Of a stretch of DNA of 64,000 nt, positions 1 through 12,499 are shown piece by piece. Under the pieces are notes generated by a model that saw only the letters and a list, made by a program, of their open reading frames with translations, made no database searches and was not told the DNA's origin. The DNA is taken from the NCBI GenBank assembly GCA_951406725.2, contig OX597840.1, positions 2,356,001-2,420,000 of the forward strand. Reading direction: 5' to 3'. How positions within the stretch are numbered: position 1 is the stretch's first letter; each line of letters opens with the position of its first letter. The stretch is from Octopus vulgaris (lineage: Eukaryota). The position numbers and the translations under genes are program-made.

Positions 1-699
1 GTTGTTGCTGCTGAGGCCTCCATCATCCTGGTCATTGTTGATATTTTTGGTTTCACGTTCCAGATCATCACTTATTGCATAAAGATTGCCCGGCAATTGT
101 CAGCCATATTTTATTCAGAAATAAATGTAGCTTGCGCGAGATTATTGTATGCGCATTGAGGGAGAAAGGAATGTTATATCTTGCACGTAGGAGCGACCAA
201 TTAATAGATCATTCTAGAGGCTCATTTTAGTGTTAGTGTTGCAGTTAGTTAGAGATAACTCGTTTAGTGTAAGTGTTAGAGAAATCGATGTTTCTATGTA
301 GATGCACGGGGAAAATTTCCATGTGACATCATCGACGGAATGGTGAGAAAGAAAAGACGGAATAATCAGATAGACGGTTAGGGAAATAGAAAGATAGACA
401 AATAAAGGGTCAGATAAATGAGGAAGAAGGTGGGAGGAAAATTGATACATGGTAGAGGATTAGGGACAAGGAGATAGTAACATAGATAGAGAGTTTTATT
501 CATAGATAGATAAATAGATTGATAGAGAGAGGGAGAGAGAGAAGAAGGCGAGAAGGATTGGTAAATAGATTGAGAGAGAGAAGGAGAGAGAGAAGAAGGC
601 GAGAAGGATTTCGGAGAGAGAATGAAATGGATTGAGAGAGAATAGATTGATAGGGATAAGAAAAGAAAAATTCAGATAAATAGTTAGATGGATAGAAAG

Positions 700-723
700 A
701 TAGATAGCAAGATAGATAGATAG

Positions 724-788
<65 letters not shown>

Positions 789-857
789 CCTAGATCGATC
801 GATAGATAGATAGATAGACAGACAGATAGATAGATAAATAGATAGATAGATAGATAT

Positions 858-893
<36 letters not shown>

Positions 894-896
894 ACG

Positions 897-972
<76 letters not shown>
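700..972. repeat. (GATA)n microsatellite
   Basis: Long tandem gata run. It explains the SIYL-repeat ORFs. Confidence 0.97.
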
Positions 973-1159
973 CTAAGAGACACAAATAACAAACGGATAG
1001 GTGGAATGTAGAAACCAAACAAGACAGATAGGGGAAAGAAAGAGATGAAGAGCAGAAGGGTAGTTAGAGAGATATGGCAGTCAGATGACCAAAAAGTTGT
1101 TTTTCACAAAGATTGTGTCGCTCCTAACTACATGTTAAAGAGATCACAGATAAGTAAGC

Positions 1160-1167
1160 TTATATAA

Positions 1168-1228
<61 letters not shown>

Positions 1229-1439
1229 GAATATATAAATATGTATATATATATGTATATATATATATGAATATATAAATATGTATATATATATATATGA
1301 GTATATATATATATATCAGTATATATATATATATATATATACATACGTATGTATATATATATATATATATATATACGACACACAAAAACATATATTAGTA
1401 TGTACGTACAAGCATATATACAAACATATATATATCCAC

Positions 1440-1485
<46 letters not shown>

Positions 1486-1977
1486 GTGTGTATGTATGTA
1501 TATGTATATGTATATACATATACGTGTATGTGGATATGTGTGTGTGTGCGTGTGTGATTTCTACTGTTTATGCATACACGTATCTACATCAACTCGTATA
1601 TTTTTACACATGAAAATAAACGATAAACGTTACACACACACTCATAAAAAAACACACACACACACACACACGCACATGCACAGACACATGCGCATACGCA
1701 GGTATAGAAGAAGTATTTGATGCTAGTCAAAGCAAGAAAAGAGATCCAGGAGTTGGAGGTGGGGTGAGAGGACATTACGTTCAAAGGCACGCACGGCGTG
1801 TGTTGGTTGGTCAGTCGATATTGATTTAATAAGAGCCAGAATCCATCAAAGGGCGACAACTGACAATGAATCGCTTACAACAATTGGCGATAACGAACAT
1901 GATCTTGGGTATCAAATAGCTTCTTGTTCAGAGCTCTGCGGGAGGTTTAGGAAACCGACAGCATGGCCAACTTATAT

Positions 1978-2013
<36 letters not shown>

Positions 2014-2065
2014 TTCATACATATGCACACACATGCGGACAACACATATATACATAAATTATGTG

Positions 2066-2129
<64 letters not shown>

Positions 2130-2329
2130 TAATATATATATATATATATATATGGATATACATGGATTTGTATCTAAGAAGCATGAATATATATATATAT
2201 GTATATATGTATATATATATATACATATATATACGTATATATATATATATTATATATGTAACTATATATGTATATATATATATATATATATATGTAAATA
2301 TATATGTATATATATATATATATATTTAC

Positions 2330-2425
<96 letters not shown>
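1160..2425. repeat. (TA)n/(TG)n microsatellite clusters flanking a unique island at ~1720-1980
   Basis: Visible dinucleotide runs at 1160-1560 and 1980-2425. Confidence 0.9.
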
Positions 2426-2426
<1 letters not shown>

Positions 2427-2828
2427 CATGCTTCTTAGATACAAATACATGTATAGAATTATGTATATGCATATACATATGTGACTGCGAAATCTGTAGA
2501 TGTGTATCCATTGATCTACCGGTCTAAACATCTATTTATGTGGTGTGTGTGTGTGTGTTGAAGTTACGCAGCAAGACCCCTAAGAGATAACAAGAGGAAG
2601 GAAAAGTTTTGACAAATCCCATTTTATACGTACATGCATGTGTACGTACGTACGTACATACATAATACAGACATGCATGCGTACATGCATTGAAATCTGT
2701 ACATATTCAGACATACAAAAATACATACAAAAATACCCTGTTGATGTTGTTGAAATTGCAATGAAGGAGCCTTGGATCTGGGTTAGAAACCGGCTCTTTC
2801 ACTATTATTATTATTGTTGTTGTTGTTA

Positions 2829-2860
<32 letters not shown>

Positions 2861-2924
2861 GTTGTTGTTGTTGTTGTTGTTATTATTGTTGTTGTTGTTG
2901 TTGTTATTATTATTATTATTATTG

Positions 2925-2967
<43 letters not shown>

Positions 2968-3005
2968 TATTTTTATGATCATGTTGATCATGATGATGAC
3001 GATGA

Positions 3006-3330
3006 AGGTGTTGACCTGGTGGAATCGTTAGCACGCCGGGCGAAATGCTTAGCGATATTTCGTCTGCCGGTACGTTCTGAGTTCAAATTCCGCCGAGGTC
3101 GACTTTGCCTTTCATTCTTTCGGGGTCGATTATATAAATACCAGTTACGGACTGGGGTCGATATAAATGACTTAATCAGTTTGTCTGTCCTTGTTTGTCC
3201 TCTCTGTGTTTAACCCCTTGTGGGTAGTAAAGAAATAGGCATTTTGTCTGCCACTACATTCTGAGTTCAAATTCTGCTCACGTCGACTTTGCCATTCACC
3301 ATATCGTGGTCGATACAATAAGTACCAGTC
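3006..3330 (+). mobile_element. tRNA-derived SINE family B (head, one unit, partial second unit)
   Basis: A-box-like tggtggaatcgttagc, B box gagttcaaattcc, body gtcgactttgcctttcat..ggggtcga..taccagt. Homologous to 11668, 26325, 33453 and 40070. Confidence 0.85.
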
Positions 3331-3337
3331 GAACACT

Positions 3338-3465
3338 TTTTCGTATTTTTCTGTCAAGTTTACATATTTCAGTAATTGACCAGTTAATGATATTGAAACT
3401 GTAAGTCACGACTGGTATGGCTAGAGTATTGATCGCTTCGATCCTGTTTCTTGCATTCAGCAATA
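3338..3465 (-). mobile_element. R4/Dong-like non-LTR retrotransposon RT fragment
   Basis: Minus strand reads LNARNRIEAINTLAIPVVTYSFNIINWSITEICKLDRKIRK. This is homologous to LNSPNLVKVVNTWAVSLLR...TELAKLDRRTRK in the element at 43430-45598. Confidence 0.75.
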
Positions 3466-3670
3466 TCTTATTATTACTGAAAATTAATAATGAATGACGA
3501 TGGCCGAATCTGGCATAATTGGATTGAAAATAGTCCCAATTCAGGATAGACGTTCACAAGCAATACTGGAATTTCTTGAATCTTGTCGGGCAGGCATTAG
3601 AGAAAGTCTTAAGATAAGTGGAAAGAAGTCCTGGTATAACTTCACAAATTCCCAACGTCAACGTCATATA

Positions 3671-4211
<541 letters not shown>

Positions 4212-4339
4212 GATTATACATTCCGACGTCTAGCTAATAACGATTCGATTGTTTTTAAAATGGCGTATAAAGGAGGCGTTATCTAATGGACAAAAGTGAG
4301 TATATTTCGGCTTCTAAAGAAGTTTTAAATGACAAAGCG

Positions 4340-5610
4340 TCCTATAAAGAAAGTATTCTGAATCTGCTTCACTTTCACTACTCTGAATGCACAAGGACTA
4401 AAATTACGCCTTGAAAGAGCGAATAAAAGGACAAAAGAATATCATCAGATTTATACAAAATCATCCACATCTTATTATTCGGTGAAATATTAATTCCCAA
4501 TTTTTGAGGATAAAACGGAATTGTAGTGATATAGCGGCTAACTGGAAGCATGCAAGTGCTCTTGTACATCATTATATCAAACGCAGTTACAGTGAATCAC
4601 GATGAATGGAAATAGCAAATGATATAGCTAAGATTAGAAAACATAGTCAAACTTTCACGCATAATTTTAGTAAACACAATACAATAGATGACAGAATTCC
4701 TTTAGTGATTAAGTTGGCATTTGAAAAGTGTTGCATGAAATTTACTAGCATGTGGCGAAAAAATATCCTCGTTTGAAAGAGATATTTCCTCAACCGCCTA
4801 TTGTAGCCTTTAGACGGAATAAGAATATGAGAGAATTATTGACCTCTATTTCTGACTTCAAGAAAGCGAACATTGGAGTATCTGCACGCTGTAGATACTC
4901 CAATGTAAGGTAACGTAAGCCCTGTTCATTGTGCAACAACATAAGTCAAGTGAATTCCATCAGGAACCATAACAGAAATGTTATGATTTATACAGAAGGC
5001 GGAACATGTAGAGATTCCCATTTGGTGTACGCGGCAGAATGCACGGAATGCAACTTGATTTACGTTGGTTGTACTACAGAACAATTAAACAAAATACTTC
5101 ATGTGCACATATTGAACGTCAGGCACTATAACAGTAGTTTGACAGAACTTGTCGAACATTTCGTTTCAAGCAGCCGCAATTTTGAAGAAGACTTGAAAGT
5201 GCATATTCTCAGCAAATATTCTGAATCTACTTCACTTTCAATACTCAAAATGCACGAGGAGACATGTTTGCCGGTTATTAACATCACTCCCTGTGGGAAT
5301 GAATAAGATGACAGGAGAATATCATCGAATTTACACAAAACTGTTTGATTAAATATTCTTCTTTTTCCTTTTCTTTTTTTCTTTCCTCTTTTTCTGCTGT
5401 CTTTTTTTTTCTGTCTTTTCTTTTCGCCTGTTATAAAACTGGAACTTTAAAACTGATGATGTCATTCCATCAACGTGTGGACGCTGGTTGCTCTTCAAAT
5501 TTTTATCACTTCTTATTTTGCACTTGACAAAGAGACTTCCTGTTGAAATATCGTTCAACTAATAAAATATCAATCGAACCGCACTCTTCGTCTTGACTGT
5601 TTATCTTTGC
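4340..5610 (+). mobile_element. Penelope-like element 3' part: linker, C-terminal GIY-YIG endonuclease, pseudo-LTR
   Basis: KYPRLKEIFPQPPIVAFRRNKNMRELL linker (~4760-4840), KPCSLC, then ORF 4929-5306 with LVYAAECTECNLIYVGCT (GIY-YIG with CxxC). The 3' end is partly duplicated upstream at 4350-4460. Hammerhead and AATAAA at 5520-5566. Confidence 0.85.
5520..5556 (+). ncRNA. Minimal type I hammerhead ribozyme motif (U3-A8 variant) in the Penelope-like 3' repeat
   Basis: gcac-TTGACAA-agagacttcctgtt-GAAA-ta-TC-gttc. Palindromic stem III (ATAT), stem I with one mismatch, weak stem II. Confidence 0.6.
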
Positions 5611-5662
5611 GAAGAGTTACGTCAATCCTTTTAAATTATTGTTATTATCATTGTTGTTGTTG

Positions 5663-5714
<52 letters not shown>

Positions 5715-5754
5715 CATCATCATCATCATCATCATCACTATCATGATCATTATA

Positions 5755-6297
5755 TTGCCCCACCGACCTCCTTTAGCAAGGAGGGAAAGGCCGTTTTCCT
5801 GTGTCTAGTGGCTGTAGCAAAAGAGGTGGTATGGTGGACCCGTTTGAAAGGTCTAAGGTCAGACACTTTCCTCTTTGGCCAAGGCCTCATCAACTTCTTC
5901 AAGTTTCACTTGAAAAGGAAGGTGAGAGTAGAGAGGGAAGTGCTGTCTGATAGCAAGTTTACTGAAAGGTGGATAAATGTCGCAAGAATGGCCAGTATAA
6001 ATGGACCAATTCTGAGGATATACCTGTAGTATAAAAAAGTATTATAAAAGGAGAAAGGGCCTCTCTAACCCCTTTTGACCAGGCTCCCCTGGCTTTTTGG
6101 GGTTTTTTCCACGAGTAACCTTTCGAAGCGCCTCCCCCTATTGGGAATTTCAATTGTTATATTTTCGTTGTTATCTCTGGAATTTTTACACGTCTTTTTT
6201 TTCGCAAACGGACAAAACCCTTTGTAACTTTTGTCCTGTGTTTTATCCCTCTATGTTTTAATTAATTTTTGTCTGCCCTTGTGACCAATAAACGAAT

Positions 6298-6300
<3 letters not shown>
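5755..6300 (+). mobile_element. 5'-truncated L1/Tx1-like LINE (ORF2 C-terminus and 3' UTR)
   Basis: ...FLCLVAVAKEVVWWTRLKG...RKVRVEREVLSDSKFTERWINVA* resembles Tx1-clade ORF2 ends. AATAAA at ~6287, then a (TTA)n tract. Confidence 0.7.
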
Positions 6301-6352
<52 letters not shown>

Positions 6353-6354
<2 letters not shown>

Positions 6355-6630
6355 TATGTTTGACTTTTGCTTTATATTTGTACAAGTTGGCTCCAAGTCT
6401 CACTCAGAGACCTCAAGAGACAACAGGTTGGAAGTTTATGTTGTTGTTATGCCTAGTGTGCCATATATTTAGTTTTGTATTTAGTGTTGTACTAGTGAAT
6501 GTCTAAAAAAAAACGAAAATTATGTTTGTTTTAAAACTTGAGGTTACATAGAAAGTATTTTGCGTAGGATATGAGCAGTTCCCATGAGCACAATCTTTTG
6601 AATTTCTGCCATTTTGGTGTTTCCTGGGGT
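6353..6630 (-). mobile_element. R4/Dong-like non-LTR retrotransposon 3' end
   Basis: Minus strand PGNTKMAEIQKIVLMGTAHILRKILSM*, then a 3' UTR ending in (TAA)n. Compare LQKTVFLGTAWILRRVLGI* at ~45500. Confidence 0.8.
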
Positions 6631-6909
6631 TATCGGGGTTATTATTGTTATTATTATTATTAGCTGACAGATTCGCTATCAGAAGTCGGAGAGAAGTGAC
6701 GAAAGTTTGTTGCGTCGCCATCAACGAATCCTCCAATGACCACATGGGGAAAGGTTGGAGTAGGCTACATGTTATGTTGTTGTTTCTGTTGCTGTTGTTG
6801 TTGGAGTCGGAAGTTGTTTCTTTGCCTGAAGTCAGTCATGAGGGCGCAATACTATGAACAAAATAAATCGAAGTGGCCATCCCGTCTTAATTTCCGCATA
6901 ATGGCCTCG

Positions 6910-7215
6910 CTCGTTTTCGGTTACGACGACGAGTGTTTCAGTTGTTTCGATGAACGAAAGAATCTGCTCGTGAAATTAACCTGCAAGTGGTTGAGCACTC
7001 ATAGACAGGCATGCCCTTAAAATAGTTCGCAGGGAAATTAAGCTTGAATTACACAATGTAACAAGTCTGGCCCTTTGAACTACAGGTACGACTTATTTTT
7101 GCCAGCTGACTGGCCTGGAACAATGTGAAATAAATTGTCTTGCTCAAGGACACAATGCACCGCTGGGAATTCTTCGTAAACCGATTACCCTAACCAAACC
7201 ACTAATCCATGTGGC
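6910..7215 (-). mobile_element. Diverged SINE, CORE-like body with tail T2
   Basis: Tail homologous to 43609-43800. Body homologous to 61955-62030. Confidence 0.7.
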
Positions 7216-7299
7216 TGGCATTTCTTGCAGATTAAATCCCCAGATTGATGACCCACGTTGACCCCATTCAAGATTGGTGCTATTGTTTTTGTCTTGCAT

Positions 7300-7580
7300 T
7301 TCATAACTGATACTATGGATTCCTGAATCACGTTACAGGTATGACCAGCCTATCTTCGAATTTCGAATTATTCAGATGCCTTCAACGCCTGATCTAGCCC
7401 TTATCAAACTAAATATAGTACAAGCTCCCAAGCATTTTCCTTGCTAAGGTACCTCTTATTTAGACAAATTCTCTCAGTGACATTAGAATATTGGAAGATA
7501 TGTCTACAGAACAGACTCATGTTATTCCCTAAATACCAACACGGTTTATCAAATGAATTGAAAGATTGGTTGTATAATGT
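7300..7580 (+). pseudogene. Possible highly decayed mariner transposase C-terminus
   Basis: FRIIQMPSTPDLAL resembles HPPYSPDLAP. A later segment resembles FY..GI..LV. Heavily disrupted. Confidence 0.3.
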
Positions 7581-7681
7581 CAACATAACGTAACAATCCC
7601 GTAGAGGGAATTACACCACCGCTATTTAGCCCTAGGAAGCATCGACGCTTCCTGTCGGCTTTGACACATTTTCTGTGTCCT

Positions 7682-7824
7682 TATATTTGCAAAGGGGAGG
7701 CAAGTACCCCCACCAGCTAGGATTAGCAACCTGAAGACATGAATGTTTCTGGGTCTTGCCCGTCATCAGTCCAGGATAGCGAGTCCCCGCTAGCTGGGAT
7801 GCCTGCCAAGCCTCTGCAAATATA
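7682..7824 (-). ncRNA. Type I hammerhead ribozyme with long extended stem I
   Basis: Minus strand cctgga-CTGATGA-cgggcaagaccca-GAAA-cattcatg-TC^ttcagg. Predicted GUC cleavage between 7736 and 7735. Stem I extends through ccagctag/ctagctgg, ggcaggcatcc/gggtacttgcc and atatttgcagagg/cctttgcaaatat. Confidence 0.85.
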
Positions 7825-8279
7825 TATATTTACATTAAAATCTAGTCACTGGTTACCGTAATTAGAAATATTGATTTTCTAAATGTCTCAAAGAGACATG
7901 AGCGGTGGTGGAGCGATAGAATTGAATGATATAATCTTTCAAATGATTGGTTGTTTGCTTTTAAGACAAGGGAGAGAATCGCCTTGCAAGAATCTATATT
8001 ACTAATATTTATTCTCTTTGGAGACAGGAAAAACAATACATTTAATTATATATTTGTTAAAATATTCTTTCCGTAAAATTTCGTTTAAATCATTTAACCC
8101 TTAACATTCATATATAGCTGCTATATCAATCTTGTTGGATCTCCTCAGTGCGAAGAAGTTATCGTCTATTAAATATTTCCCCATATTACATTAAATTATT
8201 TTTAACTTTACAAAATGAGGAGGAAGTGTAAGTGGGGCATGTAATAAAAACGTTTCCTGTAGATAAAGAAGAGATAATT

Positions 8280-9285
8280 CTATCTCTCTATCCGCTCAGT
8301 CGAAGTCGACTCTCGGTTACTCGTTGGATCAGTGTCCTCCAGTCAGTTCTATCCTGGGCCGCTTCTTTCAGATTGGCTATGTCCATTCCGGTATCACTCT
8401 TGATGGTGTCAAGCCAGCGGGTTCTTGGTCAGCCTCTTCCTCTCTTGCCACTGACCATTCCGAGCTCCATCTATCTATCTATCCGCTCAGTCGAAGTCGA
8501 CTCTCGGTTACTCATTGGATCAGTGTCCTCCAGTCAGTTCTATCCTGGGCCACTTCTTTCAGATTGGCTATGTCCATTCCCGTATCACTCTTGATGGTGT
8601 CAAGCCAGCGGGTTCTTGGTCGGCCTCTTCCTCTGTTGCCACTGACCATTCCGAGCATGATGTCCTTCTCCAGGGATTCTCTCCGCATAATATGACCGAA
8701 ATATGCCAATCTATGCTTGGTGATCCTAGCTTCTAGCGACATTTTCGGCCTGATCTGCTTAAGAACTTCTCCATTGGTCGGCCTCTTCCTCTCTTGCCAC
8801 TGACCATTCCGAGCATGATGTCCTTCTCCAGGGATTCTCTCCGCATAATATGACCGAAATATGCCAATCTATGCTTGGTGATCCTAGCTTCTAGTGACAT
8901 TTTCGGCCTGATCTGCTTACGAACCTCTCCATTGGTGACCCTCGCTGTCCATGGAGTCAGTAAAAGTCTTCTCCAACACCAATGCACGAATGCATTAATT
9001 ATTTTCTGGTCAGCTTTCTTTAGTGTCCAGGTCTCGCATCCATATGTTGCTATTGGGAAGACAATTGCATTCACCAATCTGCATTTGGTAGCGAGTCTGA
9101 TGTCTCTACTCTTCCAGACCCTGCTCATGCTGACCATTGCCTCTCTGCCTAGTACTGTCCGCCGTTTTATTTCTGGAGTGCAGTCACCATCTCGATTTAT
9201 TTTGGAGTCAAGGAAGATGAAATCATCAACCACTTCGATCTCTTCATTATCGATGTTGATGCTGATGTTTGTTGTGGCTGATGTT
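8280..9285 (-). mobile_element. 5'-truncated RTE-clade (BovB-like) LINE with internal tandem duplications
   Basis: ORFs 8733-9233 and 8512-8742: EIKRR...VFPIATYGCETWTLKK...WCWRRLL..PWTARVTN...YFGHIMRRESLEKDIMLGMVSGKRGRGRPRTRWLD, with an (ATAG)n tail. Confidence 0.93.
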
Positions 9286-10006
9286 GACTATACATTAAAC
9301 TTTACAAAATGACGAGGAAATGTTAGCGGAGCATGTAATAAAAACGTTTCCTGGGGATAAAGAAGGGATAATTACTGTTTAATCACTTCTAACAAGGCAA
9401 TTATATATCATGCACTCTGTCAGTAACTCTGTTTTAGATCAACAAGACCCTTGATTGCCAGGCTAGAAATGGATGTGTTAGAGTGTGATTTAAAGAAATG
9501 ATAATGCCTATTACGCAAGTTCTGCGCCATGTAAAAACTTCCCCTAGAAAGTAATCTATTTTATAATGATCACCATAATAACATATCTAAAAAAAAATCA
9601 ATATCCCACAGAGACATCCTTAAAGTACCGCGTATGATTTATAATTTATACCATCATATGGCACACGGAGTAGCGCTACAATAAGATGTCTGATTATTTG
9701 GTCCCTTCTATAAATGTGTAACTCATTCCAAAGACGCTGTTGACCTCTTACTCACCTTCTATTTCTTTCATCAACGTATTAACATATTTAAAGAAATCAA
9801 TAAACCAGAAAGGCAATCTTAAAGCTCTGCAGGACGTTTATAATTGATAATAACATACGAATCTCTGAGCAGTTCCGCAATAAGATGTCTGGATACTTGG
9901 TAACGTCTGTAAATGTGCTTGTAACTCTGGAGAGGTTGGTAATCTCTCCTTATCTCTCAGTTCCTCACTCATTCACTTTATATTTCTCTGTCATTCACTC
10001 CCCACT

Positions 10007-10172
10007 TTCAAACACTTTCCCTCAGTCCATCACCCTTACTCATTCAATTTCTATCTCTCTCCCTCATTCCTTCACTAATTCACCTTCAAACTCTTTCCCT
10101 CAGTCCATCACCCTTACTCATTCACTTTCTATCTCTCTCCCTCATTCCTTCACTAATTCACCTTCAAACTCT
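10007..10172. repeat. Two-copy ~78-bp tandem duplication
   Basis: ctttccctcagtccatcacccttactcattca..tctatctctctccctcattccttcactaattcaccttcaaac occurs twice. Confidence 0.85.
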
Positions 10173-10845
10173 CCCTCCTACCAGTTCGTCACGGCCTCAT
10201 ATTTTATTCACCTTCATCTACCAATCGCTCACTTTCTGACTTTCTCCCGTCTCGTTCCTTATCTCTCTTTCGCCAGCAATTTATTTCAAATTATGTCAGC
10301 GGTTTTATATAGAATTGGAGAAATTTGAACTAGCGCCAAAAGGCAGTCATCAACAGCAATTATTTCAGCATTTCACAAGAGAAAACTATTTCACAGCGTC
10401 TGTAGGAATTTTCGGCAGTTGCATCCAGATCTTCATCAAGTGACTGAACAACGGATTTTAATAAAGCTGACTGTCACACAGAATTTCCTGCCAGCATGTA
10501 TATGTCCTCATCCTCAACTTCCTCCTCCTCTTCTTCCGTTCTCTCTCTCTTTTTCACATAATATGAATTTATATTTGGGGTTTTGCGTAAGAGAGAGTTA
10601 ATTGTATTTACATTTTTACTATGTGTTTCCACTCCCAAATCCTCCCCACCACCACCGCCGTGTATGACCATCTGTAATAATGTATCACCAATGTAGGTAT
10701 GCGTTGAACCAATCAAATTTGACGTTAGTGTCAACCAAACAAATTGGTTTATTTAGCAGCGCGGAAACACTGCATGTCGCTTCAATCTTCCGTTAAAATA
10801 AAAATGGATAAAATACAAGAATATATATATATAAACATATGTGTG

Positions 10846-10969
<124 letters not shown>

Positions 10970-11011
10970 TATATACAGACATACAAATATATATATATAT
11001 ATGTGTCTTTA

Positions 11012-11203
11012 CTACCCCTTCTGGGTAGTAAAGAAATAGGTATTTCGTCTGTCTTTGCGTTCTAAGTTCAAATTCCGCCGAGGGTGAATTTGCCTTTCAT
11101 CCTCTCAGTGTCGATAAATTAAATACCAGTTTTGCACTGGAGTCGATCTTATCGACTGGACTCCTCCCCCAAAACTTTCAGACCTTGTACTTAGAGTAGA
11201 AAA
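11012..11203 (+). mobile_element. SINE family B terminal unit with tail
   Basis: gggtagtaaagaaata|ggtatttcgtctg junction, B box, tail cccccaaaactttcagaccttgt..agagtagaaa. Confidence 0.8.
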
Positions 11204-11666
11204 ACATACTAAGCTAGCGAATTATATAAATAAATTCGAGACGAAAAGTTCAACAAAAGCTAATCGTTCAATGTCCAGCAGATGTTTGAAATTTTCACGT
11301 AATTGAAATTTTTAAAATCTCAGCAAAACGGGCTTCCTTGATTAAACAGAAATAGAAAAAAAATAATCTTCGTTACGGAGTTTACTCTACGCTTGTTTAC
11401 TGCGAAAGAATCGATCTAATATCGGACTGAATTATGAGCTCTTGCGTAAAATGGTTTCTATACGCAAGATATGAGGTTCCACTCAGTGAATGGATGCGGC
11501 GATAGAGCGAAGCAAGTTCTCACTGCAAAACTTAAGAGAAGGAAATATATCGTTAATGTTTGGTTGTCAGCAAATGGAATCGTCCACTCGTGAATTTTTA
11601 CTTCATTCTTAACACACATGCATACTTATATGTGTGTGTGTATGTGTGTGTGTGTGTGTGTGTTGA

Positions 11667-11898
11667 AGGCGGCGAGCTGGCAGAAACGTTAGCAGGCCGG
11701 GCGAAATTCGTAGCCTTATTTCGTCTGTCGTTGCGTTCCGAGTTCAAATTCCGCCGAGGTCGACTTTGCCCTTCATCCTTTCGGGGTCGATAAATTAAGT
11801 ACCAGTTACGCACTGGGGTCGATGTAATCGACTTAATCCCTTTGTCTGTCCTTGTTTGTCCCCTCTGTGTTTAGCCCCTTGTGTGTAGTAAAGAAATA
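11667..11898 (+). mobile_element. SINE family B monomer
   Basis: ggcggcgagctggcagaaacgttagc head through gtagtaaagaaata. Confidence 0.9.
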
Positions 11899-11931
11899 TA
11901 TATGTGTGTATGTGTGTGTGTATGTGTGTGT

Positions 11932-12268
11932 GAAGGCACATGGCCCAGTGCTTAGAGCGTCGAGCTTACGATCGTGAGGTTGTGAGTTCCAATCCCGGAC
12001 CGGGCTGCGTGTTGTCCTCTTGAGCAAGACACTTTATTTCACGTTGCTCCACTTCACTCAACTGTAGAAATGTGTTGCGACTTCACAGGCGCCAAGCTGT
12101 ATCGGCCCCTTTTGCCTTTCCCTTGGATAACATCGGTGGTGTGGAGAGGGGAAGCCGGGATGCATGGGCGACTTCTAGTCTTCCATAAAACATCCTTGGC
12201 CGGACTTGTGCTTGGGAGGGTAACTTTCAGGGACAATCCCACGATTATTCGTGACCGAAGGGGGTCTC
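11932..12268 (+). mobile_element. tRNA-derived SINE, CORE-like body with tail T3
   Basis: A box tggcccagtgcttag, B box gagttccaatcc, body ttgagcaagacactttatttcacgttgctccac. Confidence 0.8.
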
Positions 12269-12270
12269 AG

Positions 12271-12307
<37 letters not shown>

Positions 12308-12499
12308 CTATACCTACATGCGTACATTAAGGCATACAGATACAGGCGCAAATAAACATACGCACACACCTATATATATTTCAGCTTGTGAAATCATTAA
12401 CCTTAATAGGTTTTCTCTCTCTCTCTCTCTCTCTCCATCTCTATCGTTGTCTCTCTCTCTCTCTCTCTCTCAGTCCCTGTCTCTCTCATCTCTCTCTCT

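Noticed and set aside
5450-5500. CTGATGA in the Penelope-like 3' region
   Set aside because: No stem II-GAAA follows. The better motif is at 5520-5556.
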